Shown here piece after piece: positions 1 through 11,658 of a stretch of DNA of 64,000 bases; position 1 is the first letter of the stretch, and the number at the start of each line of letters is the position of its first letter. The notes beneath the pieces are model-generated. The model ran no database searches. It was not told the origin of the DNA and saw only the letters and a list, made by a program, of their open reading frames with translations. Made by a program: the position numbers and the translations under genes. Origin of the DNA: a bacterium. GTDB taxonomy: Bacteria; SZUA-182; DTGQ01; JAFGSM01. Location of the stretch: contig JBLIRO010000002.1 in NCBI GenBank assembly GCA_049472335.1, forward strand, positions 80,949-144,948, given 5' to 3'.

Positions 1-85
1 TATAAGAACGCCTTGTAAACAGACCTGCCACATGGGAGAGAACACCCGCATGGTTTCTTACTAATACTGACAGGATATGCCTCAT
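1..85 (-). CDS. ilvN: Acetolactate synthase small (regulatory) subunit, 5' fragment running off the window
   Basis: Manual translation from ATG at 85: [28 protein letters not shown], a typical ACT-domain N-terminus; ATGA overlap with the ilvB stop; not in the ORF track. Confidence 0.9.
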   Translation of the reverse strand, partial: MRHILSVLVRNHAGVLSHVAGLFTRRSY

Positions 86-1764
86 CTTTGACTTTCCTTA
101 TCAAGCATTTGATTGATGGCGCCGCCCGGGGGCACCATTGGAAAAACATTTTCCTCGGGCGATACGTGGAAATCTATGACTACGGGTTTTTCAATCTTTA
201 TTGCTTCTTCTATGGCGGGTCTTACATCTTCCGGTTTTGTTACCAGTATCCCTTCTGCTTTATATCCCTTGGCAATAGCAGCAAAATCGGGGCAATCCCT
301 GAGACATGTATGAGAATATCGACGATCGAAAAAGATTTCCTGCCATTGCCTAACCATACCTAAAAAGCCATTATTCAATATTGCTATCTTTACATTTATT
401 TTATTTTGGACAGCGGTGGCCAATTCCTGTATTGTCATCTGGAAGCTGCCGTCTCCCGCTATATCGAATACCACCCGGTCCGGGCATCCGACCTTTGCCC
501 CTATGGAAGCAGGAAAACCGAACCCCATGGTGCCAAGACCGCCTGAGGTGATAAAGGATCTTGGTATGGTAGTCTTGTAATACTGGGCCGCCCACATCTG
601 ATTTTGCCCCACTTCCGTTGTAATGATGGCTTCACCTTTGGTTGCTTCATATATCTGTTCAACCACATATTGTGGCTTTATCTCTGTCTCGGATTTGTCG
701 TAGCTCAATGGATACTTATTCTTCCATTCATTTATTTGGGCCAGCCATTCAGGATGCTCCTTATGTTCGGCTATCTTGCACAAGGTGGAAAGCACCTCAT
801 TCGCGTCACCCACTATAGGTATATTTACTTTAATGATTTTGCTGATCTCTGCGGCATCTATATCAATATGTATGATTCGTGCATGCGGGGCAAATCTTTT
901 GACATCTCCGGTCACCCGGTCGTCAAATCTCGCTCCCACTGCAATCAGAAGATCCGATTCCGTGACTGCATAATTGGCATATCGCGTGCCGTGCATTCCC
1001 AGCATGCCAAGCGAAAGGTTATGGGTTTCCGGAAAAGCGCCTTTTCCCATAAGAGTTGTAGTAACGGGAATAGATGCCTTTTCAGCCAGTTCTTTCAATG
1101 GAGCCTCCGCGCCTGAAATGATTCCTCCTCCTCCCACATAAAGAACCGGGCGCTTTGCATTATTTATGGCATCAGCTGCAAGCTTAAACTGTTTCAGGTT
1201 TTCTTCCGGATTGGGGGCAGGATTTGAAAAAAACTCCACTTTCCTGCTTTCGTAATTTTCGGTTTCCTTGACCTGGACATCCTTGGGAAGATCCACCAGG
1301 ATCGGACCAGGCCGTCCTGTGCCTGCCAGATAAAATGCTTCATCCAGAACCGATCTTAAATCATTCACATTTTTCACTAGGTAATTATATTTTGTAATGG
1401 GTATGGTGATTCCATAGATATCCGCTTCCTGAAAACTGTCATTTCCGATCATAGGGGTAGGCACCTGTCCTGTAAAGGCCACAAGCGGAACAGAATCCAT
1501 GAATGCGTTCGCAAGCCCTGTTACCAGATTGGTTGCCCCTGGTCCTGATGTGGCAATGCAGACACCTGTCTTTCCCGTTGCCCTCGCATATGCGTCTGCC
1601 GCATGAACGGCACCCTGTTCATGTCTTGTCAGTATATGACGGATAGAGGATTGATAAAGCTCATCATAAATGGGAAGAACAGCACCACCCGGAAAACCGA
1701 AGATGGTTTCCATTCCGTGTTCGATTAAGGTATCCACAAAGATTTTGGCGCCACTCTTTTTCAC
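82..1764 (-). CDS. ilvB: Acetolactate synthase large subunit (biosynthetic type), copy 2
   Basis: [30 protein letters not shown] ThDP motif, [15 protein letters not shown] start overlaps the stop of the upstream paralog. Confidence 0.95.
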   Translation of the reverse strand: MKKSGAKIFVDTLIEHGMETIFGFPGGAVLPIYDELYQSSIRHILTRHEQGAVHAADAYARATGKTGVCIATSGPGATNLVTGLANAFMDSVPLVAFTGQVPTPMIGNDSFQEADIYGITIPITKYNYLVKNVNDLRSVLDEAFYLAGTGRPGPILVDLPKDVQVKETENYESRKVEFFSNPAPNPEENLKQFKLAADAINNAKRPVLYVGGGGIISGAEAPLKELAEKASIPVTTTLMGKGAFPETHNLSLGMLGMHGTRYANYAVTESDLLIAVGARFDDRVTGDVKRFAPHARIIHIDIDAAEISKIIKVNIPIVGDANEVLSTLCKIAEHKEHPEWLAQINEWKNKYPLSYDKSETEIKPQYVVEQIYEATKGEAIITTEVGQNQMWAAQYYKTTIPRSFITSGGLGTMGFGFPASIGAKVGCPDRVVFDIAGDGSFQMTIQELATAVQNKINVKIAILNNGFLGMVRQWQEIFFDRRYSHTCLRDCPDFAAIAKGYKAEGILVTKPEDVRPAIEEAIKIEKPVVIDFHVSPEENVFPMVPPGGAINQMLDKESQR

Positions 1765-3428
1765 GGCAGGATCATCTCCTCGATTCCGGCCCCAGCCGGT
1801 ACCATTGGAAAAACATTCTCTTCTCTGGCAACGTGTACATCGACCAAAACCGGTTTGTTGATTGAGAAGGCCTCTTCAAGAACTGGACGTAACTCATCAG
1901 GCCTTTTGGCCCTGAGTCCGACCGCTCCGTAAGCTTCAGCCAGTTTAACAAAATCGGGCGAACAATCCAAACATGTCCCGGAATATCTCTTTTTCATGAA
2001 TAAATCCTGCCATTGTCGAACCATACCCAGGAACTGGTTGTTCAATATAACCACATTGACAGGTAGGTTGTATTGAACTGCCGTTGCCAGTTCCTGCGAG
2101 ACCATCTGGAAGCTCCCGTCCCCTGCCACATCGATAACCAGAGATTCGGGTTTTGCCGCTTGGGCGCCAATAGCCGCAGGAAAGCCATATCCCATTGTGC
2201 CCAATCCCCCAGAGGTTAGAAGTGTTCTGGGTTTGTTGAATTTATAATAATGGGCAACCCACATCTGATGCTGTCCTACTTCCGTAGCTATAATTGCATC
2301 TCTGTCCTTGGTTAGGTCGTATATCTCTTCTACCACGCACTGAGGCTTTATAACCTCATCCGAACATTCATACCCGAGCGGAAACTCTTTTTTCCAGCCA
2401 TTTATCCTGTCAAGCCAGTTTGAACGGTCAACAGTCTCTATCTCCTTTACAAGAGATGCCAGAATTGCCTTGGCATCACCCACAATCGGCACCTGCACCC
2501 TTATATTTTTACTGATTGCGGTGGGATCTATGTCTATATGGATATATGTGGCCCCCGGAGCAAATTTGTCCAGCCTTCCGGTGACCCGATCATCGAATCT
2601 GGCTCCTACCGCAACGAGAAGGTCGCACTCGGTTACTGCCAGATTCGCATATTTGGTTCCATGCATTCCCATCATGCCCAGAAAGTAAGGACTCTGGGCG
2701 CTTATCCCTCCTAAACCGAGGAGTGTTGATGCCACAGGGATGTGACCCTTTTCCGCCAGGTTTGTCAATTCCTGTGACGCATCCGAGATTATAACACCTC
2801 CACCCGCATATATAACCGGCCTTTTAGACTGATTTATCAACTTGGCAGCCATGCTGATCTGTTTGGGATGTCCATGATAAGTGGGCTTATACCCCCTGAT
2901 TTGTACCTCTTTCGGGTAATTAAAATTACATTTATCCAGAAGAACGTCTTTGGGCAGATCCACAAGAACAGGCCCCGGACGGCCGGTTGTAGCTATATGA
3001 AAGGCCTCCTTGATCGTCCTGGCTAAGTCCTTAACATTGTTCACCAGATAATTATGCTTTGTAATTGATCGGGTAATGCCGACAATATCCGCCTCCTGGA
3101 AGGCGTCATTTCCGATCATGCTTGTTGGAACCTGGCCCGTAAAGGCAATCACTGGAATTGAATCCATAAATGCCGTTGCAAGGCCTGTTACGATATTTGT
3201 GGCGCCAGGACCCGAAGTAGTCAGACATATACCCGGCTTTCCGCTTGCGCGCGCGTATCCGTCAGCCGCATGAACGGCTCCTTGCTCATGCCTTACAAGT
3301 ATATCCTTGATTGGGCTATCTAACAGCAAGTCATAGATCCCCAAAATGGTTGCACCAGGGAATCCGAAGATGTGTTTTACGCCTTCCTTCTGAAGACTTT
3401 CCAGGAAAATCTGGGAGCCTGTCATCAT
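1761..3428 (-). CDS. ilvB: Acetolactate synthase large subunit (biosynthetic type), copy 1
   Basis: [42 protein letters not shown]. Confidence 0.95.
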   Translation of the reverse strand: MMTGSQIFLESLQKEGVKHIFGFPGATILGIYDLLLDSPIKDILVRHEQGAVHAADGYARASGKPGICLTTSGPGATNIVTGLATAFMDSIPVIAFTGQVPTSMIGNDAFQEADIVGITRSITKHNYLVNNVKDLARTIKEAFHIATTGRPGPVLVDLPKDVLLDKCNFNYPKEVQIRGYKPTYHGHPKQISMAAKLINQSKRPVIYAGGGVIISDASQELTNLAEKGHIPVASTLLGLGGISAQSPYFLGMMGMHGTKYANLAVTECDLLVAVGARFDDRVTGRLDKFAPGATYIHIDIDPTAISKNIRVQVPIVGDAKAILASLVKEIETVDRSNWLDRINGWKKEFPLGYECSDEVIKPQCVVEEIYDLTKDRDAIIATEVGQHQMWVAHYYKFNKPRTLLTSGGLGTMGYGFPAAIGAQAAKPESLVIDVAGDGSFQMVSQELATAVQYNLPVNVVILNNQFLGMVRQWQDLFMKKRYSGTCLDCSPDFVKLAEAYGAVGLRAKRPDELRPVLEEAFSINKPVLVDVHVAREENVFPMVPAGAGIEEMILP

Positions 3429-3559
3429 TGTTTTATTCCTTTTTAAGGATTATAAGGATTAAAGTAATTATAGGCAGGACTGCAAAAAAGCAACCCACAT
3501 GATATTCAATGATAATAAAATTATTTCAAATAATCAAATTTTTAAAAAAAGTTATCAAA

Positions 3560-3588
3560 AAGTGCCTAAAGTGTCAAGTGCCTAAAGT
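3560..3588. repeat. 13-bp direct repeat AAGTGCCTAAAGT x2 (16-bp period)
   Basis: Copies at 3560-3572 and 3576-3588, directly after the ilvD stop. Confidence 0.6.
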
Positions 3589-3591
3589 TGT

Positions 3592-5256
3592 TTAGCGTTG
3601 GAAAATGGCTCCTGTGCTTGCCGATGTTACGAGCCTGCTGTATCGTGCCAGATAACCTGACTTTATCTTTGGGGATGGCGCCTTCCATCCTTCTTTCCGT
3701 TGGTCCATTTCCTCATTGGATATAAGAAAATCCAGCTTTCTGCCTGGTATATCGATTCGAATAGGATCTCCGTTCCGGACAAGGGCAATGGGACCTCCCT
3801 CCATTGCCTCAGGGGAAACATGACCTATACACGGCCCCCTAGTGCCTCCTGAGAAACGACCATCTGTAATCAGGGCAACAGAATCCGCCAATCCCATACC
3901 CTGAATGGCCGCAGTCGGGGAAAGCATCTCTCTCATGCCCGGGCCTCCTTTTGGCCCTTCATATCTTATGATAACTACTTCCCCGGGTTGAATATTACCA
4001 CCCATAATGGCCTTCATGGCTTCTTCTTCGGCATCGAAACAGCGGGCCCTTCCTTCAAAGACCATCATGTCCGGTTTGACTGCAGATTGTTTTACAATAG
4101 ATCCCTCCGGCGCAAGATTCCCTTTGAGAACCGCCATTCCGCCCTCGACATGATAGGCCCTGTTTAGTGGTCTGATAATATCTTCATCAAATATCTGGGC
4201 CTGTTCAGCGATCTGATGAGTAGTAAGGCCGGTGACAGTCTGAGTATCATGAAGTTTTTCCTTGATTCTTTTTTGAACTGCCGGAATCCCTCCTGCGGCA
4301 TCCAGATCTTCCATAAAATAGTCACCCCCCGGACGAAGGTTGGTTATATGAGGAGTGTCGTGGCTTATGGAATCGAATAAATCCAGTGTAATCTCTACTC
4401 CTGCCTCTGCTGCAATAGCAGGCAAATGAAGGGCGGTATTTGTTGACCCGCCTAATGTCATATCCATCCGGACGGCATTCTCGAATGCCTCTCTTGTGAG
4501 AAATTTCCTGGCATTTGCATCTAGTTTTACAAGTTCTATGATCCTTTTTCCGCTTTCAAACGCAATACGTTTTTTTTGGGCTGATACTGCTAATGCTGTT
4601 GCAGATCCGGCAAGGGACATACCTAATGCCTCTGTCATACAGGCCATGGTGTTTGCGGTATAAAGCCCCTGACAAGAACCCGGACCCGGGCAGGCGCAAC
4701 TCTCGAGGTCGGACAACTCCTGCTCCGATATCTCTCCCTTTTTGAAGCGGCCTACTGCCTCAAAGGTGTCTCTGACAAGGGAGAGTTTCCTCATCTTGTA
4801 TCTTCCGGAAATCATAGGCCCTGCCGTGACCACAATGACCGGCAGATCCAGCCTGGCAGCGGCCATAAGCATTCCGGGCGTGATCTTGTCACAGTTTGTT
4901 AGCAGGACAATCCCGTCAAGGGAATGGGCCATGATAACACTTTCGATCATATCGGCTATTAATTCCCTGGAAGGGAGGGAATAGTTCATGCCGTTGTGTC
5001 CCATTGCTATGCCATCGCAGATCCCAGGTACGCTGGTGAGGAAGCAGTAGCCCCCGCCGGAATGAATTCCCTTTTCAATAAATCGCTCCAGGTCTCTCAT
5101 GCCCACGTGACCGGGGATAAGGTCGGTAAAAGAGGATACAAGGCCTATCAATGGAGTTTCCAGAGCGGAACGTGGGAAACCCGTGGCATATAAAAGGGCC
5201 CTGTGAGGAGCACGCTCGACGCCTGAAAGGATGTTTTGACTTTTTAATCTTTTCAT
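3592..5256 (-). CDS. ilvD: Dihydroxy-acid dehydratase
   Basis: [32 protein letters not shown] and TDGRFSGG motifs. Confidence 0.96.
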   Translation of the reverse strand: MKRLKSQNILSGVERAPHRALLYATGFPRSALETPLIGLVSSFTDLIPGHVGMRDLERFIEKGIHSGGGYCFLTSVPGICDGIAMGHNGMNYSLPSRELIADMIESVIMAHSLDGIVLLTNCDKITPGMLMAAARLDLPVIVVTAGPMISGRYKMRKLSLVRDTFEAVGRFKKGEISEQELSDLESCACPGPGSCQGLYTANTMACMTEALGMSLAGSATALAVSAQKKRIAFESGKRIIELVKLDANARKFLTREAFENAVRMDMTLGGSTNTALHLPAIAAEAGVEITLDLFDSISHDTPHITNLRPGGDYFMEDLDAAGGIPAVQKRIKEKLHDTQTVTGLTTHQIAEQAQIFDEDIIRPLNRAYHVEGGMAVLKGNLAPEGSIVKQSAVKPDMMVFEGRARCFDAEEEAMKAIMGGNIQPGEVVIIRYEGPKGGPGMREMLSPTAAIQGMGLADSVALITDGRFSGGTRGPCIGHVSPEAMEGGPIALVRNGDPIRIDIPGRKLDFLISNEEMDQRKEGWKAPSPKIKSGYLARYSRLVTSASTGAIFQR

Positions 5257-5291
5257 TAAATCAACTCCTGTTAAAAATTTTATGGGAGGGG

Positions 5292-5531
5292 TTAATCTCC
5301 GTTTTTGTTGTTTATTGTTAGAAAACCATGAATAATTTCTGCCATTTTATCCTTTGCGCGAAGCTTCTGTTTTTTTATTTCCTGTTTCAACATTTCCTGA
5401 GCAGGGGTTAAATAAATATGTTTCATAAGCTCATCCAGCTTTGCCTCATATTCCTTGTGCTTTTCTTCAAGTTTTCTGAATTCTCTGTTTTGCTGGCGAA
5501 TTGAATCAATCAGATTTGATCTTTCAGGCAT
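5292..5531 (-). CDS. Small coiled-coil protein, YdcH/DUF465-like
   Basis: 79 aa; pattern FRKLEEKH...L..L....[20 protein letters not shown] upstream. Confidence 0.7.
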   Translation of the reverse strand: MPERSNLIDSIRQQNREFRKLEEKHKEYEAKLDELMKHIYLTPAQEMLKQEIKKQKLRAKDKMAEIIHGFLTINNKNGD

Positions 5532-5796
5532 CTTTTTAAAATCTCCCTGTCCTCCTGTTTCTTAAGTTTATGTTCCGTTGCCAAAGTACGGTTTTGATTC
5601 CTGTTATCCTTCGAAATTGTTCGCGGAAAAAGACAGAAAAATATCTGGCTTGAATATCTTCGGCTTCTTTTTCCAGTATGAAACAATACCCTGGATCATT
5701 GGAACGGCTTATACTCAAAAATAAAAAATTTTCTTTCAAATTCATTTATGATAAAACAAAAAAACAACAAGTTAAATTAAGATAGGAGAGGATTTA

Positions 5797-7329
5797 TCAA
5801 CGCCTTATTTCATATCCGTCATCCAGAATCTGGGTAATTTCCTGCAAGCGTTTTTTACTCTGAACTGTTTGAGGAGATCTTAAGAGGTCACCCTTTTCGC
5901 TGTTGAGTCTTATCCTGTCACCGTGCCTGAGTATATAAACATTTTCAATATTGGCCAGTAGATCACCTGGTATTTCAATTTGAGCAATCTCATATTTATC
6001 AGTAAGAGGCTCTTGTTTGATCTTAGTTAGGAACAGTTGTGCCAGTCTCTCTGCTTGAGATGAATTTTTTGATTTAAAGATATCCAAAAGTTCATTTCTC
6101 ATCTCTGCCCTGAGTAATATGGAATTTTGTACGGATTTTAAGTCCTTTGGTATATAAGATTTTAGCAAGGCACTCTCTTCGGCAGGGGCTAAAGGCGGAG
6201 GAGATGTTTCTGGCGCGGGGGGGGGCACAGGAACAGGCGGCGGCGGTGGAATTATCTTCGGATATTCAGGCACGACGGTTTTTGGGGGCACTGCCGCGAC
6301 CTTTACAGGCTTCTCCAATAGTCCTTTTATAAAGGGTTTGGTCTCGTATCTTGCACTCACTTTGGCGGCCTTCACTTCTTCGCTAACTGTCGTTTCCGTT
6401 ATCACCTCTTTAGGCGGCTCCTCTTTAGCGGGCGGGGCCTCTTTGCTGCTTGCCAGGTCCATCTTTGCTTTAGTCAGCCATGTTTTAACCTCTCTTGCAT
6501 CACGGCTGTTTTGGGGTTCATATTTTAGAAATTCTTCATAATATTGAATGGCTTTTTCATTATTATTTAGATCGAAGTCGTAGGTCTTGGCAATGTTATA
6601 AAGAGCATCCGTATAATCCGGTTTTAACTCAATGGCCTTAAGATATTCTCTAACGGCCATTTGATATTTTCCTTCTCCGCTGTAAAGATTTCCCCGGTTT
6701 TTATAAGTCAGGGCCTTGTTATATATCGCCTCTTTTGAATCCTCTGCTTCTTCCCGAGGCTTTTCCAGTTGTTTTTCAGGCACTGGAACACCCGGGAAAG
6801 GAACCGGGGGAGAAGGAGGAGCAGTGACAGGAGGCGTAGGAACTGTAGCTACCTTTTCCTGAGGGGTTTCAGGTAACGGGGCCACAGATGGCTCTGGTGG
6901 AAGCGGAGCAGGGGAAACGACTGGTTTTGTCTGATCTGCCTTTGCCACAATCGAGATTGGTTGAGGTTTTATGCCGTGTTTGCTTTCTATTCCATCCATC
7001 CAGTCTTGTATCGATTTTGCATCTGGTGAATCGGGCTCCAATTCCAAAAATTTTTGGAAATAGTTTGCAGCCTGTTGATAATCCTTTAGATCATGATAAT
7101 ACGTAACTCCTATGTTGTAGTAAGCATCCACATAATCGGGATAAATCTTTATGGCCTCTTCGTATGCCTTTACGGCCTTTTCGAATTCTCCTTTTTCACA
7201 ATAATCGTTCCCCATACGATTGAGAATTTCGGCATCTTGCGGAACTTGTGCAAAGGATGCTGAAGTTATAAAAATCAACAAAACAACGAATGTACAAATT
7301 AAGCCTTTGAGATCATGTCCCCTAAACAT
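5797..7329 (-). CDS. Secreted/periplasmic TPR protein with Pro-rich linkers
   Basis: Signal peptide (ASFA|Q); two TPR blocks (…AYYNIGVTY…, …ALYNIAKTY…) separated by Pro-rich stretches. Confidence 0.8.
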   Translation of the reverse strand: MFRGHDLKGLICTFVVLLIFITSASFAQVPQDAEILNRMGNDYCEKGEFEKAVKAYEEAIKIYPDYVDAYYNIGVTYYHDLKDYQQAANYFQKFLELEPDSPDAKSIQDWMDGIESKHGIKPQPISIVAKADQTKPVVSPAPLPPEPSVAPLPETPQEKVATVPTPPVTAPPSPPVPFPGVPVPEKQLEKPREEAEDSKEAIYNKALTYKNRGNLYSGEGKYQMAVREYLKAIELKPDYTDALYNIAKTYDFDLNNNEKAIQYYEEFLKYEPQNSRDAREVKTWLTKAKMDLASSKEAPPAKEEPPKEVITETTVSEEVKAAKVSARYETKPFIKGLLEKPVKVAAVPPKTVVPEYPKIIPPPPPVPVPPPAPETSPPPLAPAEESALLKSYIPKDLKSVQNSILLRAEMRNELLDIFKSKNSSQAERLAQLFLTKIKQEPLTDKYEIAQIEIPGDLLANIENVYILRHGDRIRLNSEKGDLLRSPQTVQSKKRLQEITQILDDGYEIRR

Positions 7330-7593
7330 TATCTTGATCCCCTTTCTATAAAACTTTCAAATGGTAAAATATTTATTTTTGAGGTTTGTTCGATTATTAT
7401 ATAAACACGTTAATATTGAAAGAGATAATATCACTCTATCATACCATCTCAAAGGATGTCAAGATGCTCTTATTATTGATTAAATGAGAAAAAACAGTAT
7501 GCTAAGGGAATGATAACAAACAAATTAAAAGAATTTTATCAAAGAGGCCTTTATGTTTTTTTTGAGTCGTATATAATATCTTTTCTGATAAAG

Positions 7594-7626
7594 ATCACTC
7601 AAGATCCCACCGGGATATTGAGTGAT
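7594..7626. repeat. Inverted repeat / hairpin upstream of hypB
   Basis: ATCACTCAAgATCCC-acc-GGGATaTTGAGTGAT. Confidence 0.5.
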
Positions 7627-7703
7627 TACCGGTAAAACCCTTTAGATGTTAAAAGTAAAAAGGAGCTGCGGCTCTTATAAATATTCTCAAAGGAGAGATA
7701 TAT

Positions 7704-8366
7704 ATGAAGAAGATCCCGGTAGTAAAAAACATCCTTAAAGCAAACCAGCAGATTGCAAATGAAAACAGGCAGCTTTTTGTGGAAAAAGGTATTTATGTTA
7801 TGAATTTAATGAGCTCCCCGGGGGCAGGCAAGACCTCATTGTTAGAGTGCTCTTTAAGCTATCTGAAGGATAGATACCGTATAGCAGTGATTGAGGGGGA
7901 TATCCAGGATACTTGTGATAGCGATCGAATTGCCGCTTTAGATATTCCGGCTGTTCAGATTAACACAGGAGGCGCCTGTCATCTTGACGCGACAATGATA
8001 CTTCAGGCACTTCCTTCTTTAGACCTCGACAACCTCGATATTCTGATTATTGAAAATGTTGGAAATCTTGTTTGTCCGGCGGAATTTGACGTTGGTGAAA
8101 ATGATAAAATAATGATTTTGAGTGTCTCGGAAGGAGATGACAAGCCTCATAAATATCCTCTGATGTTTTCCATATCTTCCGTCCTTCTTATCAATAAGAT
8201 TGATCTGCTCCCCTATGTCAACTTTAATATGAAAATGGCAAGGGAAACAGTCAAGAAATTACATCCTGATATTGAGATATTTGACATATCATGCAGAAAC
8301 GGGACCGGTTTGGATGTCTGGTATGATTGGCTGATAAGAAGGGCGGAAGCCGTAAGGAGCAGTTGA
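7704..8366 (+). CDS. hypB: Hydrogenase nickel incorporation GTPase HypB
   Basis: SSPGAGKT, GGACHLDA, ENVGNLVCPAEF, EGDDKP, NKIDL. Confidence 0.96.
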   Translation: MKKIPVVKNILKANQQIANENRQLFVEKGIYVMNLMSSPGAGKTSLLECSLSYLKDRYRIAVIEGDIQDTCDSDRIAALDIPAVQINTGGACHLDATMILQALPSLDLDNLDILIIENVGNLVCPAEFDVGENDKIMILSVSEGDDKPHKYPLMFSISSVLLINKIDLLPYVNFNMKMARETVKKLHPDIEIFDISCRNGTGLDVWYDWLIRRAEAVRSS

Positions 8367-8370
8367 AGTT

Positions 8371-10710
8371 TTGGACAGAACATTACATAGAGATATGCAT
8401 ATTAGAAAAAGGATATGTATCAAAGGTGTGGTGCAGGGGATTGGATTTCGTCCTTTTATTTATCGCTTGGCAAATGAAAAGGATTTAAAGGGGGTGGTGT
8501 TCAATACGGAACAGGGTATAACAATAGAGGTGGAAGGAGAGGAGAACAATATCGATCAGTTTTTGACAGATCTGCAAAAAAAACCACCGCCGCTTGCAGA
8601 GATTATTGATTTTAACGTTTCTACAATCTCTCCGCAGGGAGAAAAGACGTTCCTGATCAAGGAAAGTTTGAACGGCATCGAGCCAAGGGTTCTTATTCCT
8701 CCGGATCTTGCCATTTGCCCTGATTGCATAAAGGAGTTATTGGATCCTTCCGACAGACGTTATAGATATCCCTTCATAAATTGTACTCAGTGCGGACCTC
8801 GCCTGACAATCATCAAAAAGGTCCCATATGACAGGGAACATACATCCATGTCTTCTTTTGACATGTGTGAGGAATGCAAAGGGGAATTTTATGATCCGGT
8901 CAGCAGGCGTTTTCATGCTCAGCCTAATGCGTGCTCCCGTTGCGGGCCTCATGTATGGTTGTCCGATTCGCAAGGGAATCATATTGCGACGGATGAACCA
9001 ATAAAACATGCCGCAAGGTTGATTAAAGAAGGGGCAATTCTGGGTATCAAAGGGTTGGGCGGATTTCATCTGGCAGCGGATGCGACCAATGAGGATGCAG
9101 TTGGAGAACTTAGGCGCAGAAAAGCCAGGGAAGGAAAGCCTTTTGCCATAATGTCCGAAGACCTGGAAACGATAAGGTTATATGCAGAATTTTCGGATGA
9201 TGAGGCCGCCTTGCTTAAGGGGGCCGTCCATCCTATTGTCCTGCTAGGAAAAAAGACAAATAATCCGATCGCCCCTTCTGTTGCCTCCAATCAACGAAGT
9301 TTTGGTATCATGCTTCCTTACACACCTCTGCACGTGTTACTGCTTAATGAGGGATTCGTTGCCCTCGTGATGACCAGCGGGAACCTGTCAGACGAACCTA
9401 TTGCCATTAAAAACCAGGAGGCAATGGAATCTCTTTCAGGAATCGCAGATTATTTTCTGTTTCATAACAGAGAGATACTTGTACGCTGTGATGATTCGGT
9501 AGTTATGCCAAATAAATCCGAGCCCATAATTATCAGGCGTTCACGCGGTTATGCCCCTCTCCCGATCCATTTGGCCCGCTCCTTTGATCCCGTTTTGGCC
9601 CTTGGGGGTCAAATGAAAAATACGATTTGCGTTATCCGGGAGAAACAGGCATTTTTAAGCCAGCATGTGGGGGATCTGGACGAGCCTGAAGCCAGACGAT
9701 TTTTTTGGGAATCCTTTAAGCAGGTGCAGGAGATTGCCGGTGTCTCACCAGGGATTGTGGCGCATGACCTCCATCCGGATTACTATACAACAAAAATTAT
9801 AGAGGATATGCAGGACAAGATATGTTATGCCGTCCAGCACCATCATGCACACCTGGTGAGTTGTATGGCTGATAATGGACTGACAGGCCATGTAATTGGC
9901 TTGATCTTTGATGGCACGGGATATGGAACTGATGGTTCCATATGGGGCGGAGAGGTGCTGGTAGGTAATGAAGTCTCCTTTAACAGAGCGGTCCATTTAT
10001 CTCCCTTCCCCCTTCCCGGAGGTGAAGCCGCGATTCTGAATCCCTGGCGGATTGCAGTTGGATTATTGTATCAATCCTTTGGACAGGACTGGTATCATGT
10101 CCTTTCCAGATTGCTCGGCCGCATTTTACCTAAGAATGATTTAAATGAAAACAAATTATCACTGATAAACGATGCGATAACTAAAAAGATTAATACACCT
10201 TCAACATCGAGTATGGGGCGTTTGTTCGATGCCGTTTCTGCGCTGCTCGGATTTCACGGGAGGATATCCTATGAAGGGCAACCCGCCATTGAACTGGAAT
10301 ATTTTGCCTCTTTATGTGAGTCTCCCGAGGCCTATCCGGCTGAGATTTCTCAGGAGGTCTTACCCTGGAGAATGGAGGTTAATCCCATTATCTATAAGAT
10401 TGTAAGCGACATTCATAATAAGGTGCCAAAAGAGATAATAAGCCGTAAGTTTCACAATACGGTCATTTGCATGGCATGTGAGGCGGCAAGATTGTGCAGC
10501 AGAAATTTTTCTTTGAATCGGGTTGTATTAAGCGGAGGTTGTTTTCAAAATCGCCTGCTTCTTGAAGGCATTTTCTCCACGCTTGAAAGAGACGGTATCC
10601 AGGTTTATACGCATAAACAAGTTCCGACAAATGACGGGGGGCTTTCACTGGGCCAGGCTGTTTGCGCCGGTGAGTTTTATAAAAGCGCTTCTTCCGGAGA
10701 AAGTAATTGA
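8371..10710 (+). CDS. hypF: Carbamoyltransferase HypF
   Basis: GVVQGIGFRPF acylphosphatase domain, CxxC Zn fingers, RRFHAQP, QHHHAH, NDGGLSLGQ; start may be ATG at 8395. Confidence 0.96.
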   Translation: MDRTLHRDMHIRKRICIKGVVQGIGFRPFIYRLANEKDLKGVVFNTEQGITIEVEGEENNIDQFLTDLQKKPPPLAEIIDFNVSTISPQGEKTFLIKESLNGIEPRVLIPPDLAICPDCIKELLDPSDRRYRYPFINCTQCGPRLTIIKKVPYDREHTSMSSFDMCEECKGEFYDPVSRRFHAQPNACSRCGPHVWLSDSQGNHIATDEPIKHAARLIKEGAILGIKGLGGFHLAADATNEDAVGELRRRKAREGKPFAIMSEDLETIRLYAEFSDDEAALLKGAVHPIVLLGKKTNNPIAPSVASNQRSFGIMLPYTPLHVLLLNEGFVALVMTSGNLSDEPIAIKNQEAMESLSGIADYFLFHNREILVRCDDSVVMPNKSEPIIIRRSRGYAPLPIHLARSFDPVLALGGQMKNTICVIREKQAFLSQHVGDLDEPEARRFFWESFKQVQEIAGVSPGIVAHDLHPDYYTTKIIEDMQDKICYAVQHHHAHLVSCMADNGLTGHVIGLIFDGTGYGTDGSIWGGEVLVGNEVSFNRAVHLSPFPLPGGEAAILNPWRIAVGLLYQSFGQDWYHVLSRLLGRILPKNDLNENKLSLINDAITKKINTPSTSSMGRLFDAVSALLGFHGRISYEGQPAIELEYFASLCESPEAYPAEISQEVLPWRMEVNPIIYKIVSDIHNKVPKEIISRKFHNTVICMACEAARLCSRNFSLNRVVLSGGCFQNRLLLEGIFSTLERDGIQVYTHKQVPTNDGGLSLGQAVCAGEFYKSASSGESN

Positions 10711-11110
10711 AGTAATAGTATCTCTTATATAACATTATGCATATTCCCTGACAAAATTTTCAGATTTCTCCCTGATTGACAAAACATAATCCTTTGGTAT
10801 ACTTTTTAGTAAGACAATACCTGAATTTATAGGGATTTTGTTTAAACATTTTATTTGTTAAAAGAATCAGAAATTCGTTAAATATTATGATTAAATTGTG
10901 GATGACTTCAAGACATCTCACAGTTTCGTGGGGAAGAGCCATTCCAGTCTTTTTTGGGTGGTCCCACCTAAAAGGCCCATTGAATCCTTTAATAAAAACA
11001 ACTCAGCAAGTTCATGCAGCTTAAGAGATACCTCTATTTTTTTATTGGATATGATTTTAAATAATGCACGGTTGTGGTTTTAAAAGTATATTTGTCTTAA
11101 TGTAATTATG

Positions 11111-11237
11111 ATAAATTCATGAAAAAGTCATTTCGTCTTCTCCGAACCTTTTTTGAAGGTCCTAGAGCTTGCTTCGCTGGGCTAAGGGCCTTTAAAAAAT
11201 GCCAATGACTCCTTCAATGGCTTTTTTACGATCTTAT
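11111..11237. mobile_element. Degenerate MITE/REP-like palindromic element
   Basis: 22-bp imperfect terminal inverted repeats (17/22) at 11111-11132 and 11216-11237, plus an internal inverted repeat; the right arm recurs 21/22 identical at 32622-32643. Confidence 0.5.
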
Positions 11238-11658
11238 AAATTATAAATTTATAGATAGATTATACTGAGTTTGCTTTTGTATTTAAGAGCTATAAGTTGT
11301 ATCAAATTAAACCTTAAAAAACATTTTTACTGAAGGAGTTGATGCCTATCGGATTAATGTTTTAATGACTCTCTATTAATATAATTTAAAAGCATATTGG
11401 AGGTGCAAAAAATAAAAAACTATTGATGCTTTATGAAATTTTACAATAGACTAGTGCCTTGGATAGGGAAATAAAGGTCTTTTTAAGGATTGATTATTTC
11501 ATCATCTTACACCTCAAAGCGTATTGGAACGAAGTTAATAAGAGAGAGTTCAGTTCAGACATTGCATACAAAAAAGGTGGATGTGGTTTTTATTTTAATA
11601 AATTGAGTAAAAAACACTATTTGAAACAGATTTTTATTTATGATGGTAGGGGGGTATT

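Noticed and set aside
5536..5745. 69-aa ORF upstream of the YdcH-like gene
   Set aside because: No recognisable motif; it covers the SD and probable promoter of the next gene
10760..11083. Short ORFs downstream of hypF
   Set aside because: AT-rich with no SD or recognisable family; may be a gene remnant but unsupported
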